IMG/VR virus record: IMGVR_UViG_3300020045_002595
Location: 1 to 43,718 of that record
Direction: 5' to 3' (one strand)
Source of the DNA: a virus
Lineage: Duplodnaviria; Caudoviricetes
Length of the DNA: 43,718 bases
The notes under the pieces are model-generated. The model was not told the origin of the DNA and did no database searches. It worked only from the letters and a program-made list of their open reading frames with translations. Both the position numbers and the translations under genes were made by a program. Positions 8,515 to 20,200 of the stretch are shown here, piece after piece. The first letter of the stretch is position 1, and the number at the start of each line of letters is the position of its first letter.

Positions 8515-11198
8515 TGGCTAACAGCACAATACAGCCTTCGTTTACTTCGGGAGAAATTGCACCTTCATTATGGGGGCGTGTCGATATCTCCCGTTATTAT
8601 ACCGGTCTTAAAACCTGCAAGAATTTCATAGTCCGTCAATTTGGTGGTGTTTCAAATCGTCCAGGCACTAAATATGTTGGTGATTCAATCAACCACAATG
8701 TTGTTCATCGTTTAATACCTTTCCAGTTTTCAACAGAACAGACTTACGCTTTAGTATTTGGTGATCAGAAATTCCGCATAATCAAAGATGGTGGGCTAGT
8801 TGTTTACCCTGTTGGTCATCCAGACGAAGGCAATATTGTAGAAATCACAACTCCATTTTTAGAAGCTGATTTATTTGACCTTGTTTATTCACAGTCTGCC
8901 GATGTGCTGACTGTTTCCAATACAAAATACCCTTCACAACAAATCACAAGAACAGATCACCACCTCTGGACCGTTGCGGCGTATGAATCCACAAACGGGC
9001 CATTTCAGGATATAAACATCGACTCGGCCAAAACTGTCATCAGTAGCGGCGTTTCAGGGGTGGTAACTATTACAAGTGTGGCTGATATTTTCACAGCTGA
9101 TATGGTTGGCGAGTTGTTTTATATAGAACAGTCTGCATCCTCGATAGCCAATATCAAGCGGTGGGAAGTTGGCAAAGCTGTAACAGTCAATGATATTAGG
9201 AAAGCCGGTTCTGCTTATTATCAGGCTGTAACCAGTGGGACAACAGGAACCGTTAGACCTTCTACACTTGAAGGCGTTGAGTCTGACGGTGATCCAGGTG
9301 TTACATGGAATTATCTGCATTCTGGTTTTGGTATCGTCAAGATAACGGGCTTCACAAGCACCAAAATAGTTATTGGTACGGTTCAATCCAGATTACCTGA
9401 TTCAATTGTAACTGCTACAAGTGCTAAAACAATTACAAACGCAATCGGTTTTGATCCAGACCTAAGCCCCGCAACTGGCGACGAATATATCCATATAACC
9501 TGCAACACACATGGCTTTATCACTGGTGACTCCGTAACCATTGCCGGTGTTGCCGGTATGACTTCAATCAATGGAGTTCGTCAAGTTACAGTAATTGATG
9601 CAAATACATTCAGGATTGATATTGAAGCAAATGCCGCCTATGTTTCCGGTGGAACCGCGACTAAGACCTTAACCGCAACAGCAACTTACAAATGGGCTAA
9701 AGCCGCTTACGGTGTAGCTCAAGGCTATCCGGCTGCAAACTCATACTATCAGCAGCGTAAATTATTTGGAGGGTCCACAAACGAGCCTCAGAAATGGAGA
9801 GCTTCAAAAACTGCCGGTTATATTGATTTTGGCACGTCCGTTCCTATTTTGGATGATGACGCGATTACTCACGAAATAGCCGCCCGTGAAGTAAACGCAA
9901 TTCAACACTTTGTTGAACTCAATTCCTTGGTTATTCTAACCACAAATGGCCCTTGGATTGTTAAGGGTGGGACCAATGACGTAATTACTCCGGCGGCTGT
10001 AAGCGTAAAACGTCAACGAGGTTCGAGCGGGGCCTCAAAAGTTACTCCTTTGGTAATAGGGACTCAAGCAATTTACGTTCAAAGTAAAGGTAATCAGGTC
10101 CGTTCCCTCGGTTATAACTTTGCTAATGATGCTTTTGACGGTGCTGATTTAACAATGTACTCAAATCACCTTTTTAAAGGGCGTCAAGTTATTGATTGGT
10201 GTTACCAGCAAGTCCCTTTCTCTTGCGTGTGGGTTGTTCTTGATAATGGTGTTTTACTCGGATTAACTTTCATGCCGGAACAAGAGGTAATCGGATGGCA
10301 CCAACACAACACCGATGGATTTTATGAGTCTGTTTGTTCAATTTCAGAAGGCAATGAAGATGCTGTATACACTATTGTTAGACGCACAATTGGCGGCGTT
10401 ACAAAGCGTTATATTGAAAGACTTGCTTCTCGGACGTTTGACACAATTTCAGATGCAATATTTCTTGATTCCTGTCTCAGTTATGACGGTAGGCAATCAG
10501 GAACTATCACAATAACAGGTGGGGTTAGTTGGGTAGACGAAACCTGCACTGCTACAAGTTCAACAGCGGTTTTTGTGGCCGGTGATGTTGGCAACGAGAT
10601 TCATTTAGTTGATTCTTTGAATAAAGTATATCGCTTGAGAATAACGGCCTTTACCTCTTCAACGGTTGTCAGTGTTTTACTGCTTTCAACTCTTGCGGTT
10701 GAGTTTAGGGCTGTTGCTTCTACATGGGGGCTTGCAAAGGACGTATTTGCAGGATTAGGCCATTTAGAGGGTAAAGCAGTAAAAGCCTTGGCCGATGGTA
10801 GAGTTGTAACTGATTTGACCGTTACAGGCGGTTCTGTTGCGCTTGACTATGCATCTGTAGTGGTTCATGTGGGACTATCTTACAATTGCGACATAGAAAC
10901 TCTAAGCCTGAATGTTTCTGGCAGCAATCTGTTGGACAAAAACAAAAACATTGCAAGAGTCAAAGTAATGTGTGATGAGTCAGTAGGGCTTATGGCCGGT
11001 CCTGATGCAAGTCATTTGGATTTATATAAACAGCGTAGCCTTGAAAACTACGATCAAGCTATCCAGCCAGAAACAGCCATTGCAGATATTCTTATCACTT
11101 CGACATGGGGAACCGGTGGAAATGTGTTTATCAGACAATCAAATCCTCTTCCTTTGACAGTTCTGGCAATCATGCCGGAGGTGAACATTGCAAGTTAA
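8514..11198 (+). CDS. tail tubular protein B / nozzle (T7 gp12, P22 gp10-like) with an inserted FCCH-like beta domain
   Basis: QPSFTSGEIAPSLWGRVD, RPGT, LIPFQFS, YP...YYQQR, GWHQH and C-terminal PLPLTVLAI motifs. Confidence 0.92.
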   Translation: MANSTIQPSFTSGEIAPSLWGRVDISRYYTGLKTCKNFIVRQFGGVSNRPGTKYVGDSINHNVVHRLIPFQFSTEQTYALVFGDQKFRIIKDGGLVVYPVGHPDEGNIVEITTPFLEADLFDLVYSQSADVLTVSNTKYPSQQITRTDHHLWTVAAYESTNGPFQDINIDSAKTVISSGVSGVVTITSVADIFTADMVGELFYIEQSASSIANIKRWEVGKAVTVNDIRKAGSAYYQAVTSGTTGTVRPSTLEGVESDGDPGVTWNYLHSGFGIVKITGFTSTKIVIGTVQSRLPDSIVTATSAKTITNAIGFDPDLSPATGDEYIHITCNTHGFITGDSVTIAGVAGMTSINGVRQVTVIDANTFRIDIEANAAYVSGGTATKTLTATATYKWAKAAYGVAQGYPAANSYYQQRKLFGGSTNEPQKWRASKTAGYIDFGTSVPILDDDAITHEIAAREVNAIQHFVELNSLVILTTNGPWIVKGGTNDVITPAAVSVKRQRGSSGASKVTPLVIGTQAIYVQSKGNQVRSLGYNFANDAFDGADLTMYSNHLFKGRQVIDWCYQQVPFSCVWVVLDNGVLLGLTFMPEQEVIGWHQHNTDGFYESVCSISEGNEDAVYTIVRRTIGGVTKRYIERLASRTFDTISDAIFLDSCLSYDGRQSGTITITGGVSWVDETCTATSSTAVFVAGDVGNEIHLVDSLNKVYRLRITAFTSSTVVSVLLLSTLAVEFRAVASTWGLAKDVFAGLGHLEGKAVKALADGRVVTDLTVTGGSVALDYASVVVHVGLSYNCDIETLSLNVSGSNLLDKNKNIARVKVMCDESVGLMAGPDASHLDLYKQRSLENYDQAIQPETAIADILITSTWGTGGNVFIRQSNPLPLTVLAIMPEVNIAS

Positions 11199-11652
11199 AG
11201 TCGTACAGGTTGAAGATTGGCATATTAGACACGTTGCTGATAATTGCCGCAAAGCTGACAAAGCGGAATTGTTTGCACTGGCTTTGATTGATCCTTATAA
11301 TGCAATTGCTGATGGTTTACGGTTAAGCGAATCGTCATGGTGCGGAATGATAGATGAAACCCCTGTTTGTATATTTGGAGTTTGCCCTGTTGGTGGGATG
11401 TTCGGCGAAATGGGTAGGCCGTGGATGGTAGGCACTGACCTGATAGATCAACATGCAATCACGTTTTTAAGAAGAAATAAGAAGTTTGTTAAGATGATGC
11501 TTAATCAGTACGGGTATTTATCTAATTACGTAGATTGCAGAAACACCAAAGCAATTCAATGGTTGGAATGGCTTGGCTTCTCGTTCAATGAACCAGAACC
11601 GATGGGGCCATTTATGTTGCCATTTATGCGCTTTGAAATGAGGATAAGCTAA
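11188..11652 (+). CDS. internal virion protein A / GNAT-like protein (T7 gp13-like)
   Basis: RKADKAEL, PWMVGT and NYVDCRNTKAIQWLEWLGF motifs. Confidence 0.85.
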   Translation: MQVKVVQVEDWHIRHVADNCRKADKAELFALALIDPYNAIADGLRLSESSWCGMIDETPVCIFGVCPVGGMFGEMGRPWMVGTDLIDQHAITFLRRNKKFVKMMLNQYGYLSNYVDCRNTKAIQWLEWLGFSFNEPEPMGPFMLPFMRFEMRIS

Positions 11653-12185
11653 TGTGCATACCATTGTTTGCCGGGGTTGGGGTTGCTTTAGGAGCAACAG
11701 CAGGGACCACAACAGCAGCAGTGGTCGGAACTACAGCTGTGGCCGCTACCGTAGCCGGTACTGCCATATCAGCCTATAGCGCTATTGAATCCGGCAAGTC
11801 ACAAAAGAAAGCTGCCGAATATAACGCAGAAGTCCAGAGAAACGCCGCCGATGCTGCTAACCAAAAAGGCGCGTCAATGGCTGGCGAAGAAACCGACAAA
11901 GCAAGGCGCATTGCCGGTATCCAACGCTCACAGATGGCCGCTGGTGGTACGGATATAACAACAGGGTCATCACTTGATCTGTTATCTGAAACCGCTGGAA
12001 TGGGACAATTAAACGCACTCAGGCAAATAAACAATGCACAGCGGGAAGCATACGGACTAAATGCCAGTGCTGAACTGGATTTATACAAAGGCAAGGCAGC
12101 AGAAAAGGCCGGTTATCTCAATGCTGCTGGCGGTATGTTGTCCGGTGCTTCTGGTGCTTATGCCAGTTTTTCAAAGTTTAAATAG
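11652..12185 (+). CDS. internal virion (ejection) protein, T7 gp14-like
   Basis: MC start, Ala/Gly-rich, AAGGTDITTGSSLD motif; follows the GNAT-like gene. Confidence 0.85.
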   Translation: MCIPLFAGVGVALGATAGTTTAAVVGTTAVAATVAGTAISAYSAIESGKSQKKAAEYNAEVQRNAADAANQKGASMAGEETDKARRIAGIQRSQMAAGGTDITTGSSLDLLSETAGMGQLNALRQINNAQREAYGLNASAELDLYKGKAAEKAGYLNAAGGMLSGASGAYASFSKFK

Positions 12186-12193
12186 GTGACTAA

Positions 12194-14284
12194 ATGGCTT
12201 TAATACCTCGTTTGGAACCATCAGTAGGAATATCAGGAACACCGACACCAAGAGCGACAGGGCTCGGACCGGAAGCGTTTGGGGCTGGACTTGGGCAAGG
12301 AATGACTCAAGCGGCTAAAGACGTTCAGGGCGTTGCTCTTGTGGAGTTTGAGAAAGAGAAAGCTGCTACCTTGGCAAGCGCAAAGGTTGATTACCTCAAT
12401 CAATCAAAGGGTGTGCTTTATGGTCAACAAAATGCCGATGGATCTGTTACTCCTGGATTGACTCAAATCGAAGGTGAAGGGGCAAAAGGTCTTGAACTCC
12501 AATATAAGCCCAAACATGATGAAGCTGTAACCAAGATCAAAACAAACCTTTCAAAGTTCCCTGATGCTGCACAACTGTTTGAATCATGGGCCGGTGAGCA
12601 GTATGTTAATAATTCAACTCAATTACACAAACATGAAATTAAAGAACGTCAGAAAGTTACCATTGATAAAAATGAGGCACTTGTCAAAGCCTCTTACGAC
12701 ACCATACTTAACCGTTATCGTGCAGGGGAAGAAGTAGACCTTGATAATCCGGACTTGCTGAATGGTATCAAGACTATCGCCGCTGTTCAGGGCTGGCCGA
12801 AAGAAGCGACAGACCAGAAAATCAGGGAATATCAAAGCAACCTTGTAACAGATATGATAAACGGACACTTGGCAGAGAAAGACCTTGCCGGGGCCAAAGG
12901 GTTATATTCTCAATTTGGGGATATTCTGACAGCTCACAATAAAGAAGTTCATACCAAGATGGGTGCCGCAATTCAGAACGAAACAGATTATCAAGTATCA
13001 GAAGGCCGTGCAAAAGAAGTGTTTGCATCAATGGGTCCGAAGTCTCCTGATGACGTTCTTGATATTGAAGGGATGAGAAAGGCAATACGCGAGGATGGTT
13101 ATAGTAATCGTCCTGACGGGACAAAGAAAGGCAATGGCTGGCTCGGGCCTATAAAACGTCCTGACGGATCTGTATCCACTGAAATATCAGTTGGGGTTGA
13201 TGTAAATGGCAAATATATGGACATTCCCACCATGGTCCCTGGCTTAACAAAAGAAGAGTTAGATTATTTGATAAATACTCCGGTTGACGATCCTAACTAT
13301 TTGAGAGGTCCGTTATCTGACAAAATAATTGATAAAGCTGTAGCGCATGCAGAAAAGATGATTGCTCAAGGCAAAAGTCCGTTTGCCGAAAATCCCGCGG
13401 AAGATACGGGTTTATCTCGTGACCAGAAAGAACTAGCTGAAAAGAAGGTTGAAGAATATGCAAGAGAATATGACGGACAAAAGCGACAGAATCAAGAAGC
13501 CCTTTCAAATCAGATAAACAAAGGTTTCCAACAGAAGCAATCATATACCGATTTGAGGCGGCAAGTAGAAAAAGGGAATGTTGACAGTGCCGCAAAAGGT
13601 CACTTATATGATTGGCTTGACCATAAATTTAAGATTGGTGAAGCCGCAGCAGAGGCTAAGAGTGAAGCAAAACAAGCAAGGGCCATACAACAGCTATCTA
13701 ACTTGCTGACCTTTCAGAACAAATATATTAACGGTGATTACGGCAATCTTTCACCAGCAGAAGTAGCTGTAAAGTTTGCGCCGCAGTTCGGGGCTTTCAC
13801 TGATAATGCTATGCAGTTCGTCAATGGAGTTGGCAAAGACCTTGGAATGGCCAAGCTCGACAATGGCGAGTTTAAAGGGCTTGTCCGTGTAATGCGTGAG
13901 AACAAGCTATACAAAGACCTGTTACCTAATCCAGAAGCCAAAGACGACAAAGAACAGGCTAAAATGGCTTTGCTGCAATCGTCGGTCACTGAGATTCTCG
14001 CTGCATCTAATACCGCCCCAGGCAAAAAGATCAGCGTCAGAGAAGCAACTTTAAAAGCAATCGAGGCTTATAAAACCGATTCCGGCACGTTCTTTAATAC
14101 GGTTGAACCGGCTTATGTCTTGGGTACTGACTTTGCCACTAGTTACGGCAATAACCCTGCAAAATGGCCACGTGCTACACAAGATAAATACATTGCTCAG
14201 AAGTGGGCAAAGCGCAACCCAGGTAAACAAATACCTTTTGCAGAACTTGACCGCTTACGGGCTGAATTGATAAAGGGGCAGTAA
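12194..14284 (+). CDS. internal virion (ejection) protein with an inserted globular domain
   Basis: Helical protein in the gp15 position; AFGAGLGQG N-terminus. Confidence 0.75.
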   Translation: MALIPRLEPSVGISGTPTPRATGLGPEAFGAGLGQGMTQAAKDVQGVALVEFEKEKAATLASAKVDYLNQSKGVLYGQQNADGSVTPGLTQIEGEGAKGLELQYKPKHDEAVTKIKTNLSKFPDAAQLFESWAGEQYVNNSTQLHKHEIKERQKVTIDKNEALVKASYDTILNRYRAGEEVDLDNPDLLNGIKTIAAVQGWPKEATDQKIREYQSNLVTDMINGHLAEKDLAGAKGLYSQFGDILTAHNKEVHTKMGAAIQNETDYQVSEGRAKEVFASMGPKSPDDVLDIEGMRKAIREDGYSNRPDGTKKGNGWLGPIKRPDGSVSTEISVGVDVNGKYMDIPTMVPGLTKEELDYLINTPVDDPNYLRGPLSDKIIDKAVAHAEKMIAQGKSPFAENPAEDTGLSRDQKELAEKKVEEYAREYDGQKRQNQEALSNQINKGFQQKQSYTDLRRQVEKGNVDSAAKGHLYDWLDHKFKIGEAAAEAKSEAKQARAIQQLSNLLTFQNKYINGDYGNLSPAEVAVKFAPQFGAFTDNAMQFVNGVGKDLGMAKLDNGEFKGLVRVMRENKLYKDLLPNPEAKDDKEQAKMALLQSSVTEILAASNTAPGKKISVREATLKAIEAYKTDSGTFFNTVEPAYVLGTDFATSYGNNPAKWPRATQDKYIAQKWAKRNPGKQIPFAELDRLRAELIKGQ

Positions 14285-17200
14285 TGGGATTTCAAGACCT
14301 TGAAAACGCGATGGGAACAGAAGACGAGATAACCCGCAAGAAGACTAAATATATGTCCTCTATCACTTCGGCCTATGGTTCTAATCCAGACGAAGAAGCG
14401 GCAAAACTTGTGCTTGAGAAAAAGACCGGTATTCCTTCAATCCTGATGGATGAGAAAGTCAAGGATGATGCCAAGTTCCAGAGTTTTGTCAATTCCGATA
14501 CAGTTCAGAATATCCCTGATAATTCCCCTGCAACTGCAAAGTTTCTATCTGATCCGGTCAACGCTCGAATAGCTCATGACGATGTTGAAAATATGTCAGT
14601 CATGGAAAAGGCTTTTAGTGTCCTTAAAAATACTGGCAAATCGTTATCCTCGGTCCCGTCTTCTGCTTCACAAGGTTTATGGGGCGTAGGCCGGGCTGTT
14701 GGTGACATTGATGCTTTAATCCGCAAGCCGCTTGATTCGTTGTTTGAAAGCGTAACAGGTATAAAAGCCATGCCACGCCTTGATGAGCGTTCGGCTTTCT
14801 GGCAGCAAGAAGCTAAAAAGACGGCTGAAAGTATCAAGGGTGACAGGTCAAAACTCGGATTAGCAGAGAGAGGCTTTTACAGCGGTGTAGAGTCGTTAGG
14901 GCAAAATCTGCTCACTCTGCCCTTGACTATTATATCCGGTGGCTCTGCAACCCCAATGCTTGCGTCCATGTCTGCCACTGCTGGCGGTCAAGCGTATGGT
15001 GAGGCAAGAGACAAAGGTGTAAATGTCGGCACGTCTTTAAACTTCGGTATGTCGCAGGGACTGATTGAATACGCCACTGAATTGATACCTGCTTTGAAGT
15101 TTGTCGGCAACCTCAATGCAAAAGCAAGCCTGTCAAAGATGGCTCGTGACATGGCGGCTACTGAGATACCAGGCGAACAAGTAGCAACTATTTTGCAAAA
15201 TTTGAATGAATGGGCTGTCCTTAATCCTGAAAAGCCGTTTAGGTCGTATCTTGAAGAACTCCCACCGGCAATGGCTGAAACCTTGATTGCAACGGTTGTC
15301 GGTTCGGGCGGCATGATTGTAACCGCAAAAGGTCTTGAAAAAGTTGGGGCTTCTGTTGACAAATTTCAGACGGCAACAACTAATAGGGATTTCCTTCTGG
15401 CATTGGGTGACTCAACACAAGCCTCAAAACTCCGTGAGCGTATGCCGGAAAAGCTGCAAGAAGCTATCAAGTCCATGCAAGAAGAACATGGTGCGCCGGA
15501 ACATGCCTACGTTGATGCTAAAAAACTGACTGAATTATGGCAGTCGGCTGGTTTTGATCCGCTCGTTAAAGCTGACGTAATGCTTTCAAATCCAAAAGAG
15601 TATTTTGAGGCGCTTGCCACAGGTTCGGAGATAGCAATACCTCTTGATGAATTTGCTCGTCAGTTTGCCGGTGAAGATTATTATCAGTCCTTGGTTGATG
15701 ATGTGCGGCTTGGTATTGGATCTGCGACAATCAAAGAGGCTCAGGAATGGGAAAAGACAGGCAAGGATGAAGCGTTGCAAGGATTGATTGACGAAGCGTC
15801 AGCAATGGCTCCAACTGAATCGGACAAGAAAGTCTTTGATGATGTGCTTGGTCAGCTACTTGGTACAAATATGGAGCGCGGAACTGCTGAACGTAACACA
15901 CAGGTAATGCAAGCCGTTTTCAGGGCACTGGGCAAGCGTACCGGCATTGATCCGCTTGAACTGTATAAACAATATCCACTGACAATCAACAGACCTCTTC
16001 CTGGTGTACTTTCCAATCGTGATACTTTTGACACAGTTCTGGACCCGCTTTTAGATCGTTTGCGTTCGGGTGATATTCCATCAGTTTCAAAAGCATACGG
16101 GCCGTCATTGCTTGAGTTCTTGCGCGACAAAGGTATTTCAGATGATCGCGGCGATTTGAAAGCAATGGACGTTGACAAGGGAATGAAAGCCTTCACAAAG
16201 AAACTTTTGCGTGAGGATGGGCTACCTATCGATAAGGCAAGGGAAGCCGCTGTTGAGGCCGGATATTTGCCACAGGGCGCAGATATAAACGTCATGCTGG
16301 ATGCAATATCAGGAGAACTACAGGGACAGCCGAAATATTCAGGCCAGAATCAGGATTCTAAAGTTGCCGATGATTTGATTAATCTGCAACAGGTCAAAGA
16401 CTATCTTGACCGGGTTGGAGTTGATCTGCTGACGATGGATAATAAATCAGTGCGTCAAGAACTTGGGAAGCAAAGGGAGTTGTTTCAATCTAAAAAGGAA
16501 ATCAAGCGCGGTTTCTTCCGTTTCGGTGATGGCACGTTCAACATTGGACTGCTGGGAGCCGCTGACTTGTCAACTTTCATGCACGAAAGTTCCCATTTCT
16601 ACCTTGAAATACTGGCAGACCTCGCAAGCCAAGAAGCGACCCCGCAGCAGGTAAAAGACGACTTCGCCGCAATCCTGAAATGGACCGGCGCAACCTCCCG
16701 CGAGGGCATGACCGTTGCACAGCTTGAACAGTTCGCCCGTGGATTTGAAGCCTACTTAATGGAGGGTAAATCTCCGTCAATTGAATTACAATCAGTATTT
16801 CAGAGAATGAAAGCTTGGATGGTGCAGGTTTATAAAGAACTCCGCAACCTGGGCGTAAAACTTAACGATGATGTACGCGGTGTATTTGATCGACTTGTTG
16901 CTTCTGATGAGGAAATCGAAGCAGCACGAACACGGCAGAACATGAAAGATATATTTGCCACAGCTGAGGATATGGGCGTTTCAGAAGCGGAATTCGCCAT
17001 TTATCGCAAGGCCGGTGAAAAAGCCCATGCGTCTCAAATTGAGAAACTTGAGAGAGAGTATTTAGAAGAACTGACTAGACAGAAAAAAGCATGGTGGCGT
17101 GAAGAGCTGTCAAAGACCGAAATTGAAGTTGAGAAAGAAACACGGGAAACACTGACTTACAAGGCAATCCAAGTGCTGACAAAAGGAACCACTTTTGACG

Positions 17201-20200
17201 GCGTTGAAATGGATTTGAAACTTGACCGTAAGATGCTTGAAAAACAATACGGTAAGTCACTAGTTAAGCGTTTGCCCCGTGGAATATACGCAAAAGAAAA
17301 CGGAATGACTGCTGATCAACTGGCAGAAATGACCGGCTTTGATTCCGGTGATGATCTTGTAAAACAGATTGCCGCCACTCCACAACGTAGGGAGTTTATT
17401 AAGGCCGAATCAGAGAGAAGGATGAAAGAAGTCTACGGCGATATGTTGACCGATGGAACGGCAGCAGAAGAGGCCACAAACGCCGTTCATGTAGAAGAAC
17501 AGGCGAAGGTATTGCTTGAAGAATTAAGAGCCATGCGGAAGCTACAGAGCGTTGTGGATAAGGTTGACCGAGCCGACAACAAGGAACGTAACCAGATTTT
17601 CAAGGGTGTGCCGCCTGCTGAGTTTTTCAAAGATCTTGCAAGGGATATGGTAACCAAAAAAACAATAGCAGAGCTGATGCCACATAGATATTCACAAGCA
17701 GAAGCTAAAGCCTCAAGAGAGGCATTTGACGCGGCCAAAAAGAAGGATTGGCAAGCCGCGGCAGAAGCGAAACAGAGACAAATTTTAAATCATTATCTAT
17801 TCCGTGAAGCAACGAATATCAAGAAGATGGTGGATAAGCAGGTTTCAAGGTGGCAAGAGCTTGTCAATAAATCCGACAAACGGCTGGCAGCTTCCAGAGA
17901 TATGAACCTTGTCACGGCTGCAAGGGCTGTATTGGCCCGGTATGGTATCGGTAAGTCCGATGTTGAGGCAACGGCAGAGCTAAATAAAATACGTGCTTAC
18001 GATGCAAACCTTTATGACTCCCTGCAAATGGCTGTTGATTCCGCTTCACAAGCTGCAAAGCCGTGGAAAGAATTGGACGTAATTGAGCTCATTGGTCTTT
18101 CAGATGCTGTCAACAATCTGTGGCATTTGTCCAGGCGTAGCAAGATTGCAATGATCGATGGGCAAGCAATGACTCTGGAAGAAATCAACGATGATCTTAT
18201 CGCTCAGATGGCTTCAAAGAACAAAGGACTTTCAGGACTTGGGAAAAACAAAGCTGTATCAGATACCGAAAAGCGCAAAATAGGTTTTTTGGGTATGGGT
18301 GCGTCACTCCGCAGAGTGGAGCATTGGATCACGGAAATGGATGGCGGTGATTCTGGTGTATTCAGGAAGTATGTTTACAATCCGATTATGCTATCAGTAA
18401 CCAATTACAAAACCGCTAAGGTGCCGGTGATAAAACAGCTACAAGAACTTTTTGACTCGGTTGGCTTCGATGCTTTCAGCGATAAGAAAATTGAAGCGGT
18501 TGGGCTAAATTACACCTTCAAAAACAAAGGTGAATTACTTCATGCAATTTTGCACACTGGCAATGAAAGCAATAAGCGCAAGTTACTGTTAGGTCGTGGA
18601 TGGGCTGAAACGGTAGAAGGTTCGAAAGAAATTGATACTACCCGATGGGATAACTTTTTAAACAAGATGCACGAAAACGGCACTTTAACTGAAAGTGATT
18701 ACCAATTTGCACAAAAGATATGGGACTTAAACGAAGAGTTAAAACCTGTCGCACAAAAAGCCCACCATGAAATGTATGGGTATTATTTTGCAGAAATAAC
18801 AGCAGAACCGGTATCAACTCCGTTTGGTATATTCAAAGGTGGGTATGTTCCGGCCTTAACAGATCCATATATTGTTGATGCAGCTGCTGATAGATTGGAT
18901 CAAGAAAGTCTCTTGCAAGATAACGCCTCGTCAATGTTCCCCGCAACAACCGGCAAGGGTTTCACTATGGCCCGTGTCGAATACAACAAGCCATTATTGC
19001 TCGATATGTCTTTACTTGCTTCACACGTTGACAAGGTTTTGCGGTTCGCATACATGGGACCAGCTATTCAAGACGTGGGGCGAATTGTCAGTAATTCAGA
19101 ACTTAGGGAAGAGTTCAACCAGATTAACCCTGCATGGACTCAGGAAATGCTTATCCCCTGGCTGAAAAGAATTGCACGTCAGACCGTAGAAACCAAGTCA
19201 AGCGGTTGGGGCGGCAAAGCTGTTGATAATGTTCTTAGAGGTCTTAGACGTAGAACAGGACTTCAATTGATGGCGGCAAATATAGCCAATGCAGCGCAAC
19301 AGTTAACCGGTGTATTCCCTGCTATGGTTAAGGTATCGCCTCGGCGTATAGGTGCTTCACTTGTCCAGTTTACAAAGAATCCAATGGCGTTGACTGACTC
19401 AATAGCTGAAAAATCACCATTTATGAAAGATCGTCTTGAAAATGAAATCAATCATATTTCCGGCGAAGTTCATCAGATATTGAGCCAAAGCAAATATGAG
19501 AAGGCACAAGAGTTTGGCATGAAAGCCGGTTATTTCCTATCAGGCGCAACTCAGCATGTAGTTGATGTTATTACCTGGCAGGGTGCATACGACCAAGCTA
19601 CTAAAGAAGGTCAGCAAGAAAAAGAAGCCGTACTATATGCCGACTCAGTAGTAAGGCAGACACAAGGTAGCTTTGCTCCAGAGGATGCAAGCGCATTTGA
19701 GGCAGGTAGTCCATTTGTCCGGTTATTTACTCAGTTTTATTCATACTTCAACATGATATCAAACCTGACTGTCACTGAAATGCGAAACACTGTTGATGAC
19801 TTGGGTTGGAAGGGTGGCAGCGCAAAGTTGTTTTATATCTACCTGATGACTTTTGCAATCCCTTCATTTGTTGCTGAATTGATTATGGCCGGTTTCAAAG
19901 GCAAGTTGGATGACGATGACGATGGCGAATATATAGACGATATTTTAAAGGCGTTCTTTGTTGGCCAGGGTAAAGCTGCAACGGCCATGATTCCAGGCGT
20001 TGGACAAGTTATTAACACAATGGTAAACAGATTCAACAAAAACCCGATTGACGACAGGATGAGTACATCGCCTTCAATCGGCACTTTAGAGCAAATGGGT
20101 TCAGTGCCAAAAGATATTTACGATGTTGTATTTGATGGCAAAGAATTGAAACGGGCGCATGTAAGGGACGTGTTTACTTTGATGGGTATGGTTACAGGCT

